The translations under genes and the position numbers were made by a program. Source: Victivallales bacterium (GTDB lineage: Bacteria > Verrucomicrobiota > Lentisphaeria > Victivallales > GWF2-50-93). From it: a stretch of 64,000 nt of DNA. The DNA lies in NCBI GenBank assembly GCA_049297395.1, contig JBAQUG010000455.1, forward strand, positions 16 to 64,015, given 5' to 3'. Under the pieces are notes generated by a model. The model saw nothing but the letters and a program-made list of their open reading frames with translations, was not told the DNA's origin and did not search any database. This document shows, in pieces, positions 53,865 through 63,309 of the stretch (its first letter is position 1; every line of letters begins with the position of its first letter).

Positions 53865-55877
53865 TCATCTTTTCACTTCCCATTTCCCCTTCTTCAGATC
53901 TTCGGAAAGCTTTCCGAAGAGGTCCTTGTACTCAGCGCTGTTCGGGAAAAGAATGCAGGCCTTGCGCATGTTCTCAAGTGCTTCCTGTTTCTTCCCCTGC
54001 ATAATCTGGGCTGTGGCGAGATGATGGTAGAAGCTTGAGCGCTCTGGGGAAAGCGCCAGGGCGTTTGCATAGAATATTTCGGTCATCGTCCAGTTCCTTG
54101 AAGCCTGGGTATAGTTCCCAGCTGTCGCCCAGGGGAACGGTGAGTATGGGATTTCGCCGACGGCGTTTTTAAGGGCCGCCTCAATTTGCGACTGGGTGGC
54201 AGGTTCATGGCTGCCCTGGGTGGAGATGCTGGGTTCGCAGAGCTGGATAAGCTCCCACATGTAGAATTCACCGCTGAGTCTTTTTGCACTAATGCACAGC
54301 GTGGATGCGGCGAGCAGGCATGCTGCGGTTTTTAAGACAATGCTGAACATCCTGCGGCGGGCTGGCGAAAGATCAATTGTGGAATCTGTGTCATCGGGTT
54401 TTAAAAGCATTATCATCAGCAGCGCGGTCGCTACTGTTCCGGGAACCTGGATGTTTATATCTGATAGTGAATGAAGTGTCCAGGCTGTCCATCCCAGTAT
54501 CAAGGCGAAGTTCAAGGCGAAATCAGGCAAAGCCGTTTTCTTTTTCGTTTTGAGCAATATCAGGATCAAGGGGAATAGGATTGCGGCAAGTGACGCGGAC
54601 AATCCAACTATTCCCGCCTGGGATGCAAAGTCAAGTATGAAGTTATGGGAGGTGTGCGGAGCTTCTGTGCCAGGGAAGCTTTTCAACATGGTGTACTTAT
54701 GGAAGAAGTCGCCCCAGCCAGTTCCCAGGAGGATGTTCTCCTTGAATATTTTCAGGGCAACTGAGAAATAATCCAGCCGGACCCTCATCGAATCGAGATG
54801 GCGCCCCGCATTTATGAAATAAAGCCCTGCGGATGTGGCGGCAATAACGGAGATGGCGCAGGCAATCCTGATTTTCAAATTGAATGGGAAAATTGCAGCG
54901 CTCACTGCTATTGCAAGTCCGAACGCGAGGACCGCGCCACGGCTTCCGGTGAAATAAAGTATTGTGAACATGAGCACCGCGCAGAGGAGGCACAGGGCAA
55001 ATGATATCCGCCTTGTATGTTTTTCCGGAAATTTGAAGAGCGTGACCAGTACGGCTGCGGCCCATGCGGTTGCAAGCAGGACGAATCCAAGCTGGCCGCA
55101 GTACCCGGCCAGACTCAGGAATACGATTGTCACAGACATGGCAATTACAGATTTCAGGACTGTTGCGCTTTTCCAAATCATCAGGATGCACAGGGGGATT
55201 GTGAGCACCAGGTGTGCCGCAAGGCTGTTGCAGATGGTGAATGGGGAATATACCCTTGTCTGGCCCAGCCTGTTCTGGAGATTGGCCGTGGTCTTCAGTC
55301 CTGTCTTCAATTCCTGCTGGTAGACGTAGTCGAGTGTTTCCCTGAATCCCCAGAGCAGCTGCTGAAGTCCCATGAATGCTGAAAATACTGCCGAAAGGAC
55401 TATGGCATTGATCAGCAGATCCTTCATGTCGGGTCTGGACTCAACAAGGAAGTATACCGCCAGGCAGAAGGAGGCGATTCCAAGGAGATGTGCAATCTCC
55501 AGTATTGGAAAATCCTTGGTGCTTGCATTTACATATCCAATAAGTGAAGCCAATGCGAGGAAAACCCAGATCAGCGAGATTGCCAGTCTGAAATTAAGCC
55601 TTGGGCCGGAAGCGAGCACTGCTGCAAGCAGCAGCAGCAACGCGGATATTGCAGGGAACATCAGCACGGGCCAGGTGAATATGAACCAGGTGATGAGGCT
55701 GTCAGGGAAGAAAATGACCTCCGGAACTCCGACTATTCCTCCGAACTTGAGAGGAAGCAGGAAGATGATGAATGCTGAAAGGATGCAGAGCCAGCCGGCG
55801 AGCCTGTGCCTCAGGACGGAAATGCTGCCGTTGTTCTCCGCAGCTGTTTTTCCGATTGGGTCGGGATTACTCATCAT
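53865..55877 (-). CDS. O-antigen ligase (Wzy_C) domain membrane protein with a C-terminal TPR region
   Basis: At least 10 TMs, FTGSRGAVLAFGLAIAV and HTSHNFILDFASQAGIVG, which are typical of Wzy_C, and a C-terminal TPR-like YANALALSPERSSFYHHLATAQIMQGKKQEALENM. Confidence 0.75.
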   Translation of the reverse strand: MMSNPDPIGKTAAENNGSISVLRHRLAGWLCILSAFIIFLLPLKFGGIVGVPEVIFFPDSLITWFIFTWPVLMFPAISALLLLLAAVLASGPRLNFRLAISLIWVFLALASLIGYVNASTKDFPILEIAHLLGIASFCLAVYFLVESRPDMKDLLINAIVLSAVFSAFMGLQQLLWGFRETLDYVYQQELKTGLKTTANLQNRLGQTRVYSPFTICNSLAAHLVLTIPLCILMIWKSATVLKSVIAMSVTIVFLSLAGYCGQLGFVLLATAWAAAVLVTLFKFPEKHTRRISFALCLLCAVLMFTILYFTGSRGAVLAFGLAIAVSAAIFPFNLKIRIACAISVIAATSAGLYFINAGRHLDSMRVRLDYFSVALKIFKENILLGTGWGDFFHKYTMLKSFPGTEAPHTSHNFILDFASQAGIVGLSASLAAILFPLILILLKTKKKTALPDFALNFALILGWTAWTLHSLSDINIQVPGTVATALLMIMLLKPDDTDSTIDLSPARRRMFSIVLKTAACLLAASTLCISAKRLSGEFYMWELIQLCEPSISTQGSHEPATQSQIEAALKNAVGEIPYSPFPWATAGNYTQASRNWTMTEIFYANALALSPERSSFYHHLATAQIMQGKKQEALENMRKACILFPNSAEYKDLFGKLSEDLKKGKWEVKR

Positions 55878-56769
55878 TGAGCTTTTTCAATTCGCGCTTT
55901 TGGTCGTCGTTGAGACCGTCAAATACGTCGCCCTGTTCCGGCGACAGCTTGTATTTGTCGAGATAGACTATCCTGACATCCTCCTTCGGGTATGTGGCTG
56001 TCTTTCCGGTCTCATCTATGTGGAGCGTGACTTTCTGGGTCAGCAGATTGCGGTCGATGACACGTCCTCTGCCTTCGGCGCATTCGCAGCATGCACCCCT
56101 GCGGGGCATGTCCCTGTCCAGCTCCTGATATCCTGCATGCTCGTATTTGAGGCAGCATTTGAGCCTGCCGCAGATGCCGGAGATGTTGTTGGGATTCAAT
56201 GAAAGATCCTGCTCCTTGGCCATCCTGACATTTATAGATGCGAACGTGCGGAGGAACTTGCAGCAGCAGAGCTCAAGTCCGCAGACTCCGAATCCGCCTA
56301 TGAGTGCGGTTTCATCCCTTACGCCTATCTGTCGCAGTTCAATCCTGGTGTTCAGGCCCTGGGATAGCTGTTTTACAAGCTCGCGGAAATCAACCCGCCC
56401 GTCGGATGTGAACTGGAAGGTCACCAGCTTCATGTCGAATGAATAATGGGCGTTCAGAAGCTTCATCGGGAGCTTCAGGTTCTGGATATACTGCATGGCG
56501 GTCCTGAACGCGGACTTGCTGCGCATCAGGTTTTCATTGGCCTTGCCCTGATCTATGACAGTCGCCTTGCGGTCGATGCAGGGGAGCTCCTCCTTGTCCT
56601 TGTCGTTGAGCTTGACCTTCTCGCCGAGGCACGTGATTATCTGTCCGTAGTCGAGGGTCTTGTCCTTGCGGACGACGACCCAGTCCTTCACCTTGAGGCT
56701 CATCGAGGGCGGGGCGCTCGCTACGTAAGTCGCGCCAGTTTCAAGCTTTATATCGTATAATGGATCCAT
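55867..56769 (-). CDS. PSP1 domain protein (RicT/YaaT-like)
   Basis: RVDFRELVKQLSQGLNTRIELRQIGVRDE, and the Cys cluster CGLELCCCKF...GICGRLKCCLKYEH. Confidence 0.85.
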   Translation of the reverse strand: MDPLYDIKLETGATYVASAPPSMSLKVKDWVVVRKDKTLDYGQIITCLGEKVKLNDKDKEELPCIDRKATVIDQGKANENLMRSKSAFRTAMQYIQNLKLPMKLLNAHYSFDMKLVTFQFTSDGRVDFRELVKQLSQGLNTRIELRQIGVRDETALIGGFGVCGLELCCCKFLRTFASINVRMAKEQDLSLNPNNISGICGRLKCCLKYEHAGYQELDRDMPRRGACCECAEGRGRVIDRNLLTQKVTLHIDETGKTATYPKEDVRIVYLDKYKLSPEQGDVFDGLNDDQKRELKKLNDE

Positions 56770-56941
56770 TGGATTTTTTTTGTTAAATGATTATGGAAAT
56801 AAAATCAAACGCTAACAATATCATCCAACGCGTAACTTTCAACACGGCGTGGGTGAAATAACTGCCGCTGTTTTGACCTTGCGCAGTTCCTGTCGGACTT
56901 TTACCGGGAGAATGTTCCGGCAATCCGGACTTTTGCTATAA

Positions 56942-57241
56942 CCTTTCCTGGAATCAAAGCTTAAGATAGTCGACACCTGCGGTGTCCATAACCTGCACGG
57001 AATGCCCGGGCTCATGGGCGGACTGATTGCCATTGCGGTTGTCCCAGGTGTTGCAGTCGCCCAGCTGGCTGGCATTCTTTTCACAGTAGTGATTGCCCTT
57101 GCCTGCGGCCTCTGCGCAGGTGCGCTTATCAAAGCCACTGGAACGAAGAGCCTGGCATATGAGGACACCGATGAATTTGGAGCAGGTGAATCTGCTCTGG
57201 CTCTTGAAACCATAGAGATTGATGATAATGATAAAGATTAA
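56942..57241 (+). pseudogene. 3' remnant of an Rh-type (Rh50-like) ammonium transporter gene
   Basis: The frame is open from the TAA at 56939-41 and encodes ...[26 protein letters not shown]..., the Rh-family signature around the second pore histidine. Only about 100 codons remain, with no upstream body. Confidence 0.7.
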
Positions 57242-57273
57242 CAGGGGGGTGAAATCTTAAAGTTCCCTTGAAT

Positions 57274-57369
57274 CTGAATATCCAATGGCCAACAAGGGAT
57301 TTTCAATGTCCAAGTTAGTTTTCCGGCCTTCATCGGTTGGACATTGAGTGTTGGAGCTTGGATATTCAG
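57274..57369. repeat. nested inverted repeats forming a long composite hairpin
   Basis: Outer pair ctgaatatccaa (57274-85) / ttggatattcag (57358-69). Inner pair tcaatgtccaa (57303-13) / ttggacattga (57337-47). Confidence 0.75.
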
Positions 57370-57420
57370 GTATTGGATGATACCCCGAGATACCTATGGT
57401 CTCCGTGAGGAGTGCAGTCG

Positions 57421-58176
57421 ATGCTTGCAAACAAACATAAGGCTCTGATAAAATCCCTCTACACGAGGCATGGCAGGAAAAAGCATGACCTCTGCGTCTG
57501 CGAGGGATTGAGATGCTGCCGCGAACTCCTGGCGCTGCGCCCGGAGCTTGTCAGCCTCCCGGTCTGCTCGGAGGACTTCGATGTCTCCTCGCTCGGCAAT
57601 GTCACCTTCGAGAAGATTTCAAGAAGTGAATTCGATTCGCTTTCCGCCACAGTCATTCCGCAGGGATGCCTTATCGTCGTCCGGAAACCGGCGATGGCTG
57701 CGAACGATGTCCCGCCTGCCGATCCTTTCATCATGGCGCTTGACCGTGTGTCGGATCCGGGCAACCTTGGCACTATCATAAGGACGGTGCGGGCGGTAGG
57801 GCTGAAGGAACTGTGGCTGACAGAGGGAACCGCCGATCCTTTCAGCGACAAGGTGATCCGCTCGGCCCTGGCGTCCCAGTTTGCAGTGAGAATGCGTCTC
57901 TTTCCGGGGCTTGACGAGATGGTCTGCGAACTTCGCGGATTTGGATATGACAGGGTTTACAAGACTGATCCGGATGGCAAGGCCAGTTGCTTCGATGAGA
58001 AAAATCTTTTCCTTAAGTCTGCGCTTGTCTTTGGAAGCGAGGCCCATGGGGCAGGGGATGTCGAAGGCGCAATTCCGCTTGTGATCCCGATGCCGGGGAA
58101 GATCGAGTCCATCAATGTCGCACAGGCCGCGACCGTCATACTCTTTGAAGCTGTGAGGCGGGGGATTTTCAAGTAG
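57421..58176 (+). CDS. TrmH/SpoU family RNA 2'-O-methyltransferase
   Basis: DRVSDPGNLGTIIRTVRAVG, FGSEAHG, ESINVAQAATVILFE. Confidence 0.85.
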   Translation: MLANKHKALIKSLYTRHGRKKHDLCVCEGLRCCRELLALRPELVSLPVCSEDFDVSSLGNVTFEKISRSEFDSLSATVIPQGCLIVVRKPAMAANDVPPADPFIMALDRVSDPGNLGTIIRTVRAVGLKELWLTEGTADPFSDKVIRSALASQFAVRMRLFPGLDEMVCELRGFGYDRVYKTDPDGKASCFDEKNLFLKSALVFGSEAHGAGDVEGAIPLVIPMPGKIESINVAQAATVILFEAVRRGIFK

Positions 58177-58222
58177 GTACGGGCTTTAGCCTGTATCATC
58201 TTTCAAGAAAAAAGAAAACTAT

Positions 58223-59224
58223 ATGAAGATTTATCCTGACAACAGCATCGTCCTCGCTCCGCTTGCCGGCTTCACGGATCTTCCCTACAGAAGTTCCGCA
58301 CGACGGCACGGCTGTCTTTTCGCATTCACTGAAATGATTGATGCAGGCTCGCTTGTTTTCGGGCATGGCAAGACTCTTTCAATGCTCAAGCGCGGTGAAA
58401 ATGAGACCTGGCTCGGTGTCCAGATTGTCGGGTCGGAACATGAAATCCTGAAGAAAGCCGCCCGGATAATATGCCAGCATGATGTGAACATAATTGATTT
58501 CAACCTGGGATGTCCGGCAAGGAAAGTTATCAAGAAAGGCGAAGGGGCCGCTCTGGCTAGGAAGACGGAAGAGGCTATAAGGGCTTTTGAGATTATCGTG
58601 ATGAACTCGCAGGTGCCTGTGACTGTCAAGACGAGGATCATCGACGAGGATGATCCTGAGCCAACCATTCATCTCGTGAAAAGACTTGTCGAGGCGGGTG
58701 CAGCCGCAGTGACTCTCCACGGAAGGGTGATGTCGAAAGTTTATTCTGGCGATGTAAAGTTCAATATCATCTCGGAAGTAAGGAAGAACGTGAAGACCCA
58801 ACTCATAGCTAATGGAGGTATCTTCAGCTTTTCGACTTGTGAAACACTGCGGAACGAGACCGGATGCGGCTGTGTGATGATCGCCCGTGGTGCCATGGGC
58901 AATCCCTGGATTTTCGAGGAGATCAGGGATGGATCCGCCTTCAATCCGCCCACCCCTGATGATCTTGCCGACGAAATAGGAACGCATGTTGCTGGAATGG
59001 CCGAGCTCTGCGGAGAGGAGATAGGCGTGCGCATTTCGCGTAAACTCATGATTGATTATGTGAAAGGACGCGGTTATCCTGGCGAGCTCAGGAACTCAGT
59101 CTGCAAGATAAAAACCCTTCAGGAGATGAAGCCATTCCTTGATAATGTCAGGCTCGGCCCGACACCCAGATACAGCAAATGGATTGAGGCGAATCCTGAC
59201 GCCCCGCGACGGCTGATGGTATGA
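58223..59224 (+). CDS. tRNA-dihydrouridine synthase
   Basis: LAPLAGFTDLPYR, IDFNLGCPARKV, VTVKTR, and the ANGGI pattern. Confidence 0.9.
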   Translation: MKIYPDNSIVLAPLAGFTDLPYRSSARRHGCLFAFTEMIDAGSLVFGHGKTLSMLKRGENETWLGVQIVGSEHEILKKAARIICQHDVNIIDFNLGCPARKVIKKGEGAALARKTEEAIRAFEIIVMNSQVPVTVKTRIIDEDDPEPTIHLVKRLVEAGAAAVTLHGRVMSKVYSGDVKFNIISEVRKNVKTQLIANGGIFSFSTCETLRNETGCGCVMIARGAMGNPWIFEEIRDGSAFNPPTPDDLADEIGTHVAGMAELCGEEIGVRISRKLMIDYVKGRGYPGELRNSVCKIKTLQEMKPFLDNVRLGPTPRYSKWIEANPDAPRRLMV

Positions 59225-59381
59225 CGGCATTTTCAATTTATGATTTTCGACTGCCGATTTTTATTGATTTTTTAATTTTTGATTCAATTATTGCGGAGTC
59301 CAGATTGAAAATAAGCTTTCGGCAAGTATTTAAATTCAAATACAACTGTAGATGCTGTTTAAACGATAAGGATTAAAATAA

Positions 59382-60782
59382 ATGTCAGTAAAATTCATCT
59401 CCTACGGGGCGAACAGGGAAGTTACCGGTTCAACGCATATGCTGGAAGTGGACGGCGTGAAACTGCTTGTCGACTGCGGGATGTTCCAGGGAAAGCGAGT
59501 TGTTGCAGAAGAGAAGAACAGGCAGTTCTTCTTTGATCCGGCAACTATAGAGACCGTAATTCTCACGCATGGCCACTGCGATCATTCCTGCCGCCTTCCA
59601 TATCTTTCCGCCTGTGGATTCAAGGGGAATATTTACGCGACGCCGGCAACCCGCGATATCGCCGGGCTGATCATGTCCGATACCGCTCACATCCAGGAGA
59701 AGGATGCCGAATGGATGCGCAAGAAGAAGATTTACGGGGAGAAGGAGCCGTTCCAGCCGCTCTTCGGCATCAAGGATGTCCTCAAGGTTCTCGAGCAGTT
59801 CATAACAATAAGCTATCATCGGGACTTCTTCGCGTCGGACTCTGTGAAATGCAAGTTCTACAATGCCGGACATATCCTTGGTTCGGCAATGCCGATGATT
59901 GACGTCGGGCAGGGGCGCAAGATCGCCTTTACCGGAGACCTTGGAAGAAAAGGCACGCCGATAATCCATGATCCCGAACAGATCCCTTCGGCAGACTACC
60001 TTGTCTGCGAGGCCACCTACGGCAACAGGCTCCATGATCCCATAGAGGACGCCTGCAGGCAGCTATGCGAAGTCATCCGCGAGACCGTCGAACGCGGTGG
60101 AAAGATTATCATTCCTGCCTTCGCCGTCGAAAGGACCCAGGATCTCATATATTACCTGCACCAGCTTGTTGACGCCAGGAGGATCCCGAGAATCGATATC
60201 TATGTCGACAGTCCCATGGCATTCAACGCGACCAGTATTTTCAGGGTCCATCAGGAATGTTTCGATGACTCTGTCAGGGAGGAATTCCTTGTACAGGACA
60301 AGAATCCCTTTGGATTTGAGACTCTGCATTACATCACCAACGTAGCCGAATCCAAGCAGCTCAATGAGAAGGATGAGCCCTGCATCATCATTTCCAGCAG
60401 CGGCATGTGCGAAGCCGGAAGAATCCTGCATCATCTTAAGAACAACATCCAGGATCCACGCAATACCATACTCGTCGTAGGTTTCATGGCCGAGGACACC
60501 CTCGGAAGGAAGATTGCTGAAAGAGAGCCGGAGGTCAAGATTTTCGGACAGCTCTACAAGCTGAAGGCCAGGGTGAAGATCCTCAATACATTCAGCGCCC
60601 ATGCCGACTATAATGACATTAAGCAGTTTGTCGGCAACATGGATCTCAACAGGCTCAGGAAGGTCTTCCTGGTACATGGCGAGGATGAGGAACTCGAAAA
60701 GATGAAGGGCCATCTCCTCGGAATCGGAGTCAAGGAGGTCGAGATCGTCGAGACCGCCAAGGAATACCAGCTTTTCGACTGA
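59382..60782 (+). CDS. MBL-fold beta-CASP family RNA-metabolising hydrolase
   Basis: VILTHGHCDH motif 2, a beta-CASP region, and C-terminal SAHADYNDI plus VHGE. Confidence 0.85.
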   Translation: MSVKFISYGANREVTGSTHMLEVDGVKLLVDCGMFQGKRVVAEEKNRQFFFDPATIETVILTHGHCDHSCRLPYLSACGFKGNIYATPATRDIAGLIMSDTAHIQEKDAEWMRKKKIYGEKEPFQPLFGIKDVLKVLEQFITISYHRDFFASDSVKCKFYNAGHILGSAMPMIDVGQGRKIAFTGDLGRKGTPIIHDPEQIPSADYLVCEATYGNRLHDPIEDACRQLCEVIRETVERGGKIIIPAFAVERTQDLIYYLHQLVDARRIPRIDIYVDSPMAFNATSIFRVHQECFDDSVREEFLVQDKNPFGFETLHYITNVAESKQLNEKDEPCIIISSSGMCEAGRILHHLKNNIQDPRNTILVVGFMAEDTLGRKIAEREPEVKIFGQLYKLKARVKILNTFSAHADYNDIKQFVGNMDLNRLRKVFLVHGEDEELEKMKGHLLGIGVKEVEIVETAKEYQLFD

Positions 60783-60807
60783 TTAATAATATGTATATGA
60801 TGGGCGC

Positions 60808-61542
60808 TTACAGGTCTTTCGAATCACCCTCTCCTGGCGTTTCATCTTCCAGCATGATTGCAGGAGGCTGCGGCTCATTCTCTCCTGTCACCTGCCGGAA
60901 AAGCTTGTATGCGGCGCAGATTGAGATTGGAGCGGTAACCAGTACTCCGACGATGCAGAAAAGTATTCCAAGAGCTGCGAAGAGCATGAAAACAAGATTC
61001 CAGAGTATTAAGACGGGATTGCTCTTCAAGGTTTCCACGGCCTTTGCCAGGGCGCTGAATCCGATTGTTTCACCTTTGGCTAGGAAGTAGATCGTCAGAC
61101 AGGGCAGAGGTGCGAGCAGTATGCCTGGGATGATGCAGCATATGCATCCGGCAATGAATATCAGGCTTGCCACCGCATAATTGGCTACGCTCGGAGTGAG
61201 TACGTCGACGCCCAGCAGGATATCCAGTGGTTCGGCTTTTCCACCGTCATATTCCTTTTTCATCCCCCTGAAATAACCTACAAGGAACGGCGCAAGGAAG
61301 AATCCAAGGACAATGCCGGTAATTACCGAAATTATGTATTCTGGTAATATGGCGGAGCGCTGGCTTATGCCAAGAATGCTCTGGAGAACTACGAGATTGA
61401 AGATAAAGCCGAAACCCTGTGCAATAAGCTTTATTGCTACGCCAATGCCCGCGAGTAGAAAGAATCCGAGAATGTAGAATAACGGATTATCCTTGACCTT
61501 CTCGAATCCGTAGCTGAAACAGCTCCTGATGTCAGGTTTCAT
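60808..61542 (-). CDS. integral membrane protein, function unknown
   Basis: 244 aa with about 6 TMs and an acidic C-terminal tail. No motif recognised. Confidence 0.45.
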   Translation of the reverse strand: MKPDIRSCFSYGFEKVKDNPLFYILGFFLLAGIGVAIKLIAQGFGFIFNLVVLQSILGISQRSAILPEYIISVITGIVLGFFLAPFLVGYFRGMKKEYDGGKAEPLDILLGVDVLTPSVANYAVASLIFIAGCICCIIPGILLAPLPCLTIYFLAKGETIGFSALAKAVETLKSNPVLILWNLVFMLFAALGILFCIVGVLVTAPISICAAYKLFRQVTGENEPQPPAIMLEDETPGEGDSKDL

Positions 61543-61804
61543 AGGTATTCCCCTTTGGAATTGATTTAGATTGGGATTAAAGGATGTTCCGGATAATCAC
61601 GAATGCGTTTTATAATCCAGTTCCCTTCCTACATATATATTACCGCAGGAGAGCTTAAAAACAAACGTATTAATTGCCGTGCAGGCTGTTCTCGGAAGTT
61701 ACCTTATGTCGAGAGGTCCTCAGGCAGGCTGATTTCAAACTCCGGTTCTGAATTCTCAGGGAAGAGTTCGGCGTTGATGTTCTGGATTCCTAGTTCAAGC
61801 TCGG

Positions 61805-62029
61805 TCATGAAGACAAGGAGTTCCTTCTCCATGTCTGCTGGAAGATTTCATCCACCAGTGCATGCTGTCCGGGAAGGAGCCTGTGCAGATATGAATAAAG
61901 CTGTTTCCTATATCGCCCATACAATGCCTCGAATGCTGATAGTCCGCCGTCTAGAAAACTGTCGATCAATTCCGAATCGGACAATTCTCTTTTCGGATCC
62001 TGTTCCATATTAGACAACGCATTGGGCAT
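61805..62029 (-). pseudogene. truncated ECF sigma factor gene (region 2 N-terminal part only)
   Basis: SDSELIDSFLDGGLSAFEALYGRYRKQLYSYLHRLLPGQHALVDEIFQQTW is a sigma70_r2 beginning. The stop comes after 74 aa, and no region 4 is present in any downstream frame. Confidence 0.55.
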
Positions 62030-62047
62030 TAATATTATTGTGCATGA

Positions 62048-62839
62048 TCAGTATTTTTCCCACCACTTCCTGGACACGTTCGAATCGAAGTCCTGCCAGT
62101 CCTTCTCGGCGACAATCGAGTCGGTACCCCAGACTTCAATGTGGTAGGCGAGCAAATTGCGGCTCTTGACGCCTTTCAGCTCAAATTTGACTTTCTCGTC
62201 GCCCATGTTCTTGAGCTCGGATTTCAAATTACGGTCTCTTTCGCCCTCATCGATTATCTTCCTGTCGAATCCGTTGACTTTCTCCTTTATGGCAGCTTCG
62301 TCATATCCCTTGCCCTTGGGTTTTGCGGCATCAGGGAAGCAGAATCTGAGAACTTCCCTTTCCCCTGAATCATTGTTCGGAGGGACAAGCACATAAATAT
62401 ATACATACGGGGCCTTTATCTTTTTGATTTCAGGATTCAACCTCGTCAGGGAATATTCAACTTCAATGGTCGCCGTCTTTTCAGTCGCCGCTGAGTTCCT
62501 GGAACCTGAACCAGCTACCCTCTCAGTGCCCTTGTCCGGAGCTTTCACGTTCGCAATTGTAACCTTGTAGTCGCTGAATTCTCCAGGCAGCGATTTGTCC
62601 CCTCCGGCTGAGCTTGCGTCGGTCTGGGAATATGAAGCTATGCTGCTGAGGGGGAAGGAACGCCTTTTCTTGTCCTTTTCTATAACTATCGAACCGTCCT
62701 TGATGGATATGATTTCAGCATTCGATATCGTCGTCGTGCTTCCATCCTTCTCCTTGAATGTGATCGTGCTGGCCACCGCCCCTTGGGAAATGGCAAGCGA
62801 TAAGACGCATATTATTGCAAGTGTGTACAGGGTATTCAT
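62048..62839 (-). CDS. secreted hypothetical protein
   Basis: Signal peptide MNTLYTLAIICVLSLAISQGAVAS. No family recognised. Confidence 0.5.
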   Translation of the reverse strand: MNTLYTLAIICVLSLAISQGAVASTITFKEKDGSTTTISNAEIISIKDGSIVIEKDKKRRSFPLSSIASYSQTDASSAGGDKSLPGEFSDYKVTIANVKAPDKGTERVAGSGSRNSAATEKTATIEVEYSLTRLNPEIKKIKAPYVYIYVLVPPNNDSGEREVLRFCFPDAAKPKGKGYDEAAIKEKVNGFDRKIIDEGERDRNLKSELKNMGDEKVKFELKGVKSRNLLAYHIEVWGTDSIVAEKDWQDFDSNVSRKWWEKY

Positions 62840-62930
62840 ATGTCCTCCTTTAGATTTTCCTTTTCCATATAATACGCAGGAGAGCCTCAGTTATTATGGA
62901 ATACCTGTAATCTACACGGGGATGTACAAA

Positions 62931-62968
62931 ATAAAAGGGATACCGGAAGAACCCGGTATCCCTTTTGA
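62931..62968 (-). terminator. Rho-independent terminator after the small basic protein gene
   Basis: The minus strand reads aaaagggataccgg-gttctt-ccggtatccctttt followed by attttg. Confidence 0.75.
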
Positions 62969-62985
62969 AATCTCTGGGTAGTTTC

Positions 62986-63144
62986 TTACTCTACAGCCTT
63001 GGTCTTTGGAATTCCAAGGACCTTGTCCCCGGGTTTCCAGCGTCCGCCCTTGGTCAGGATGTCAATGCGCTCGAATCTCTTGAGCACATTCCTCTTTGCT
63101 CTTATCTTACCTGTGCTTTTCAGGCTTGAATGTCTTCCGCCCAT
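62986..63144 (-). CDS. 52-aa small basic protein (PVC-type small basic protein, TIGR04137-like)
   Basis: Not in the ORF track because it is under 60 aa. My translation is MGGRHSSLKSTGKIRAKRNVLKRFERIDILTKGGRWKPGDKVLGIPKTKAVE. GAGGAG lies upstream of the ATG and a terminator lies downstream. Confidence 0.7.
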   Translation of the reverse strand: MGGRHSSLKSTGKIRAKRNVLKRFERIDILTKGGRWKPGDKVLGIPKTKAVE

Positions 63145-63309
63145 GTTCTTACTCCTCAAGTTAACGTGATTATCCGTGAAGCCTCATAATATTGAACGAA
63201 ATTCCATTTAGTCAAATATAAATTTGTAAAAATCCTCTTATACGGCTTGTCTATCCCTGCATAGAGCTTATTTTCTGCTTTTGCTCCGAACAGTTTCTCA
63301 GGGGGTGTC

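Noticed and set aside
55372-56202. 276-aa plus-strand ORF
   Set aside because: It is antisense across the junction of the O-antigen-ligase-like and PSP1 genes, both well supported.
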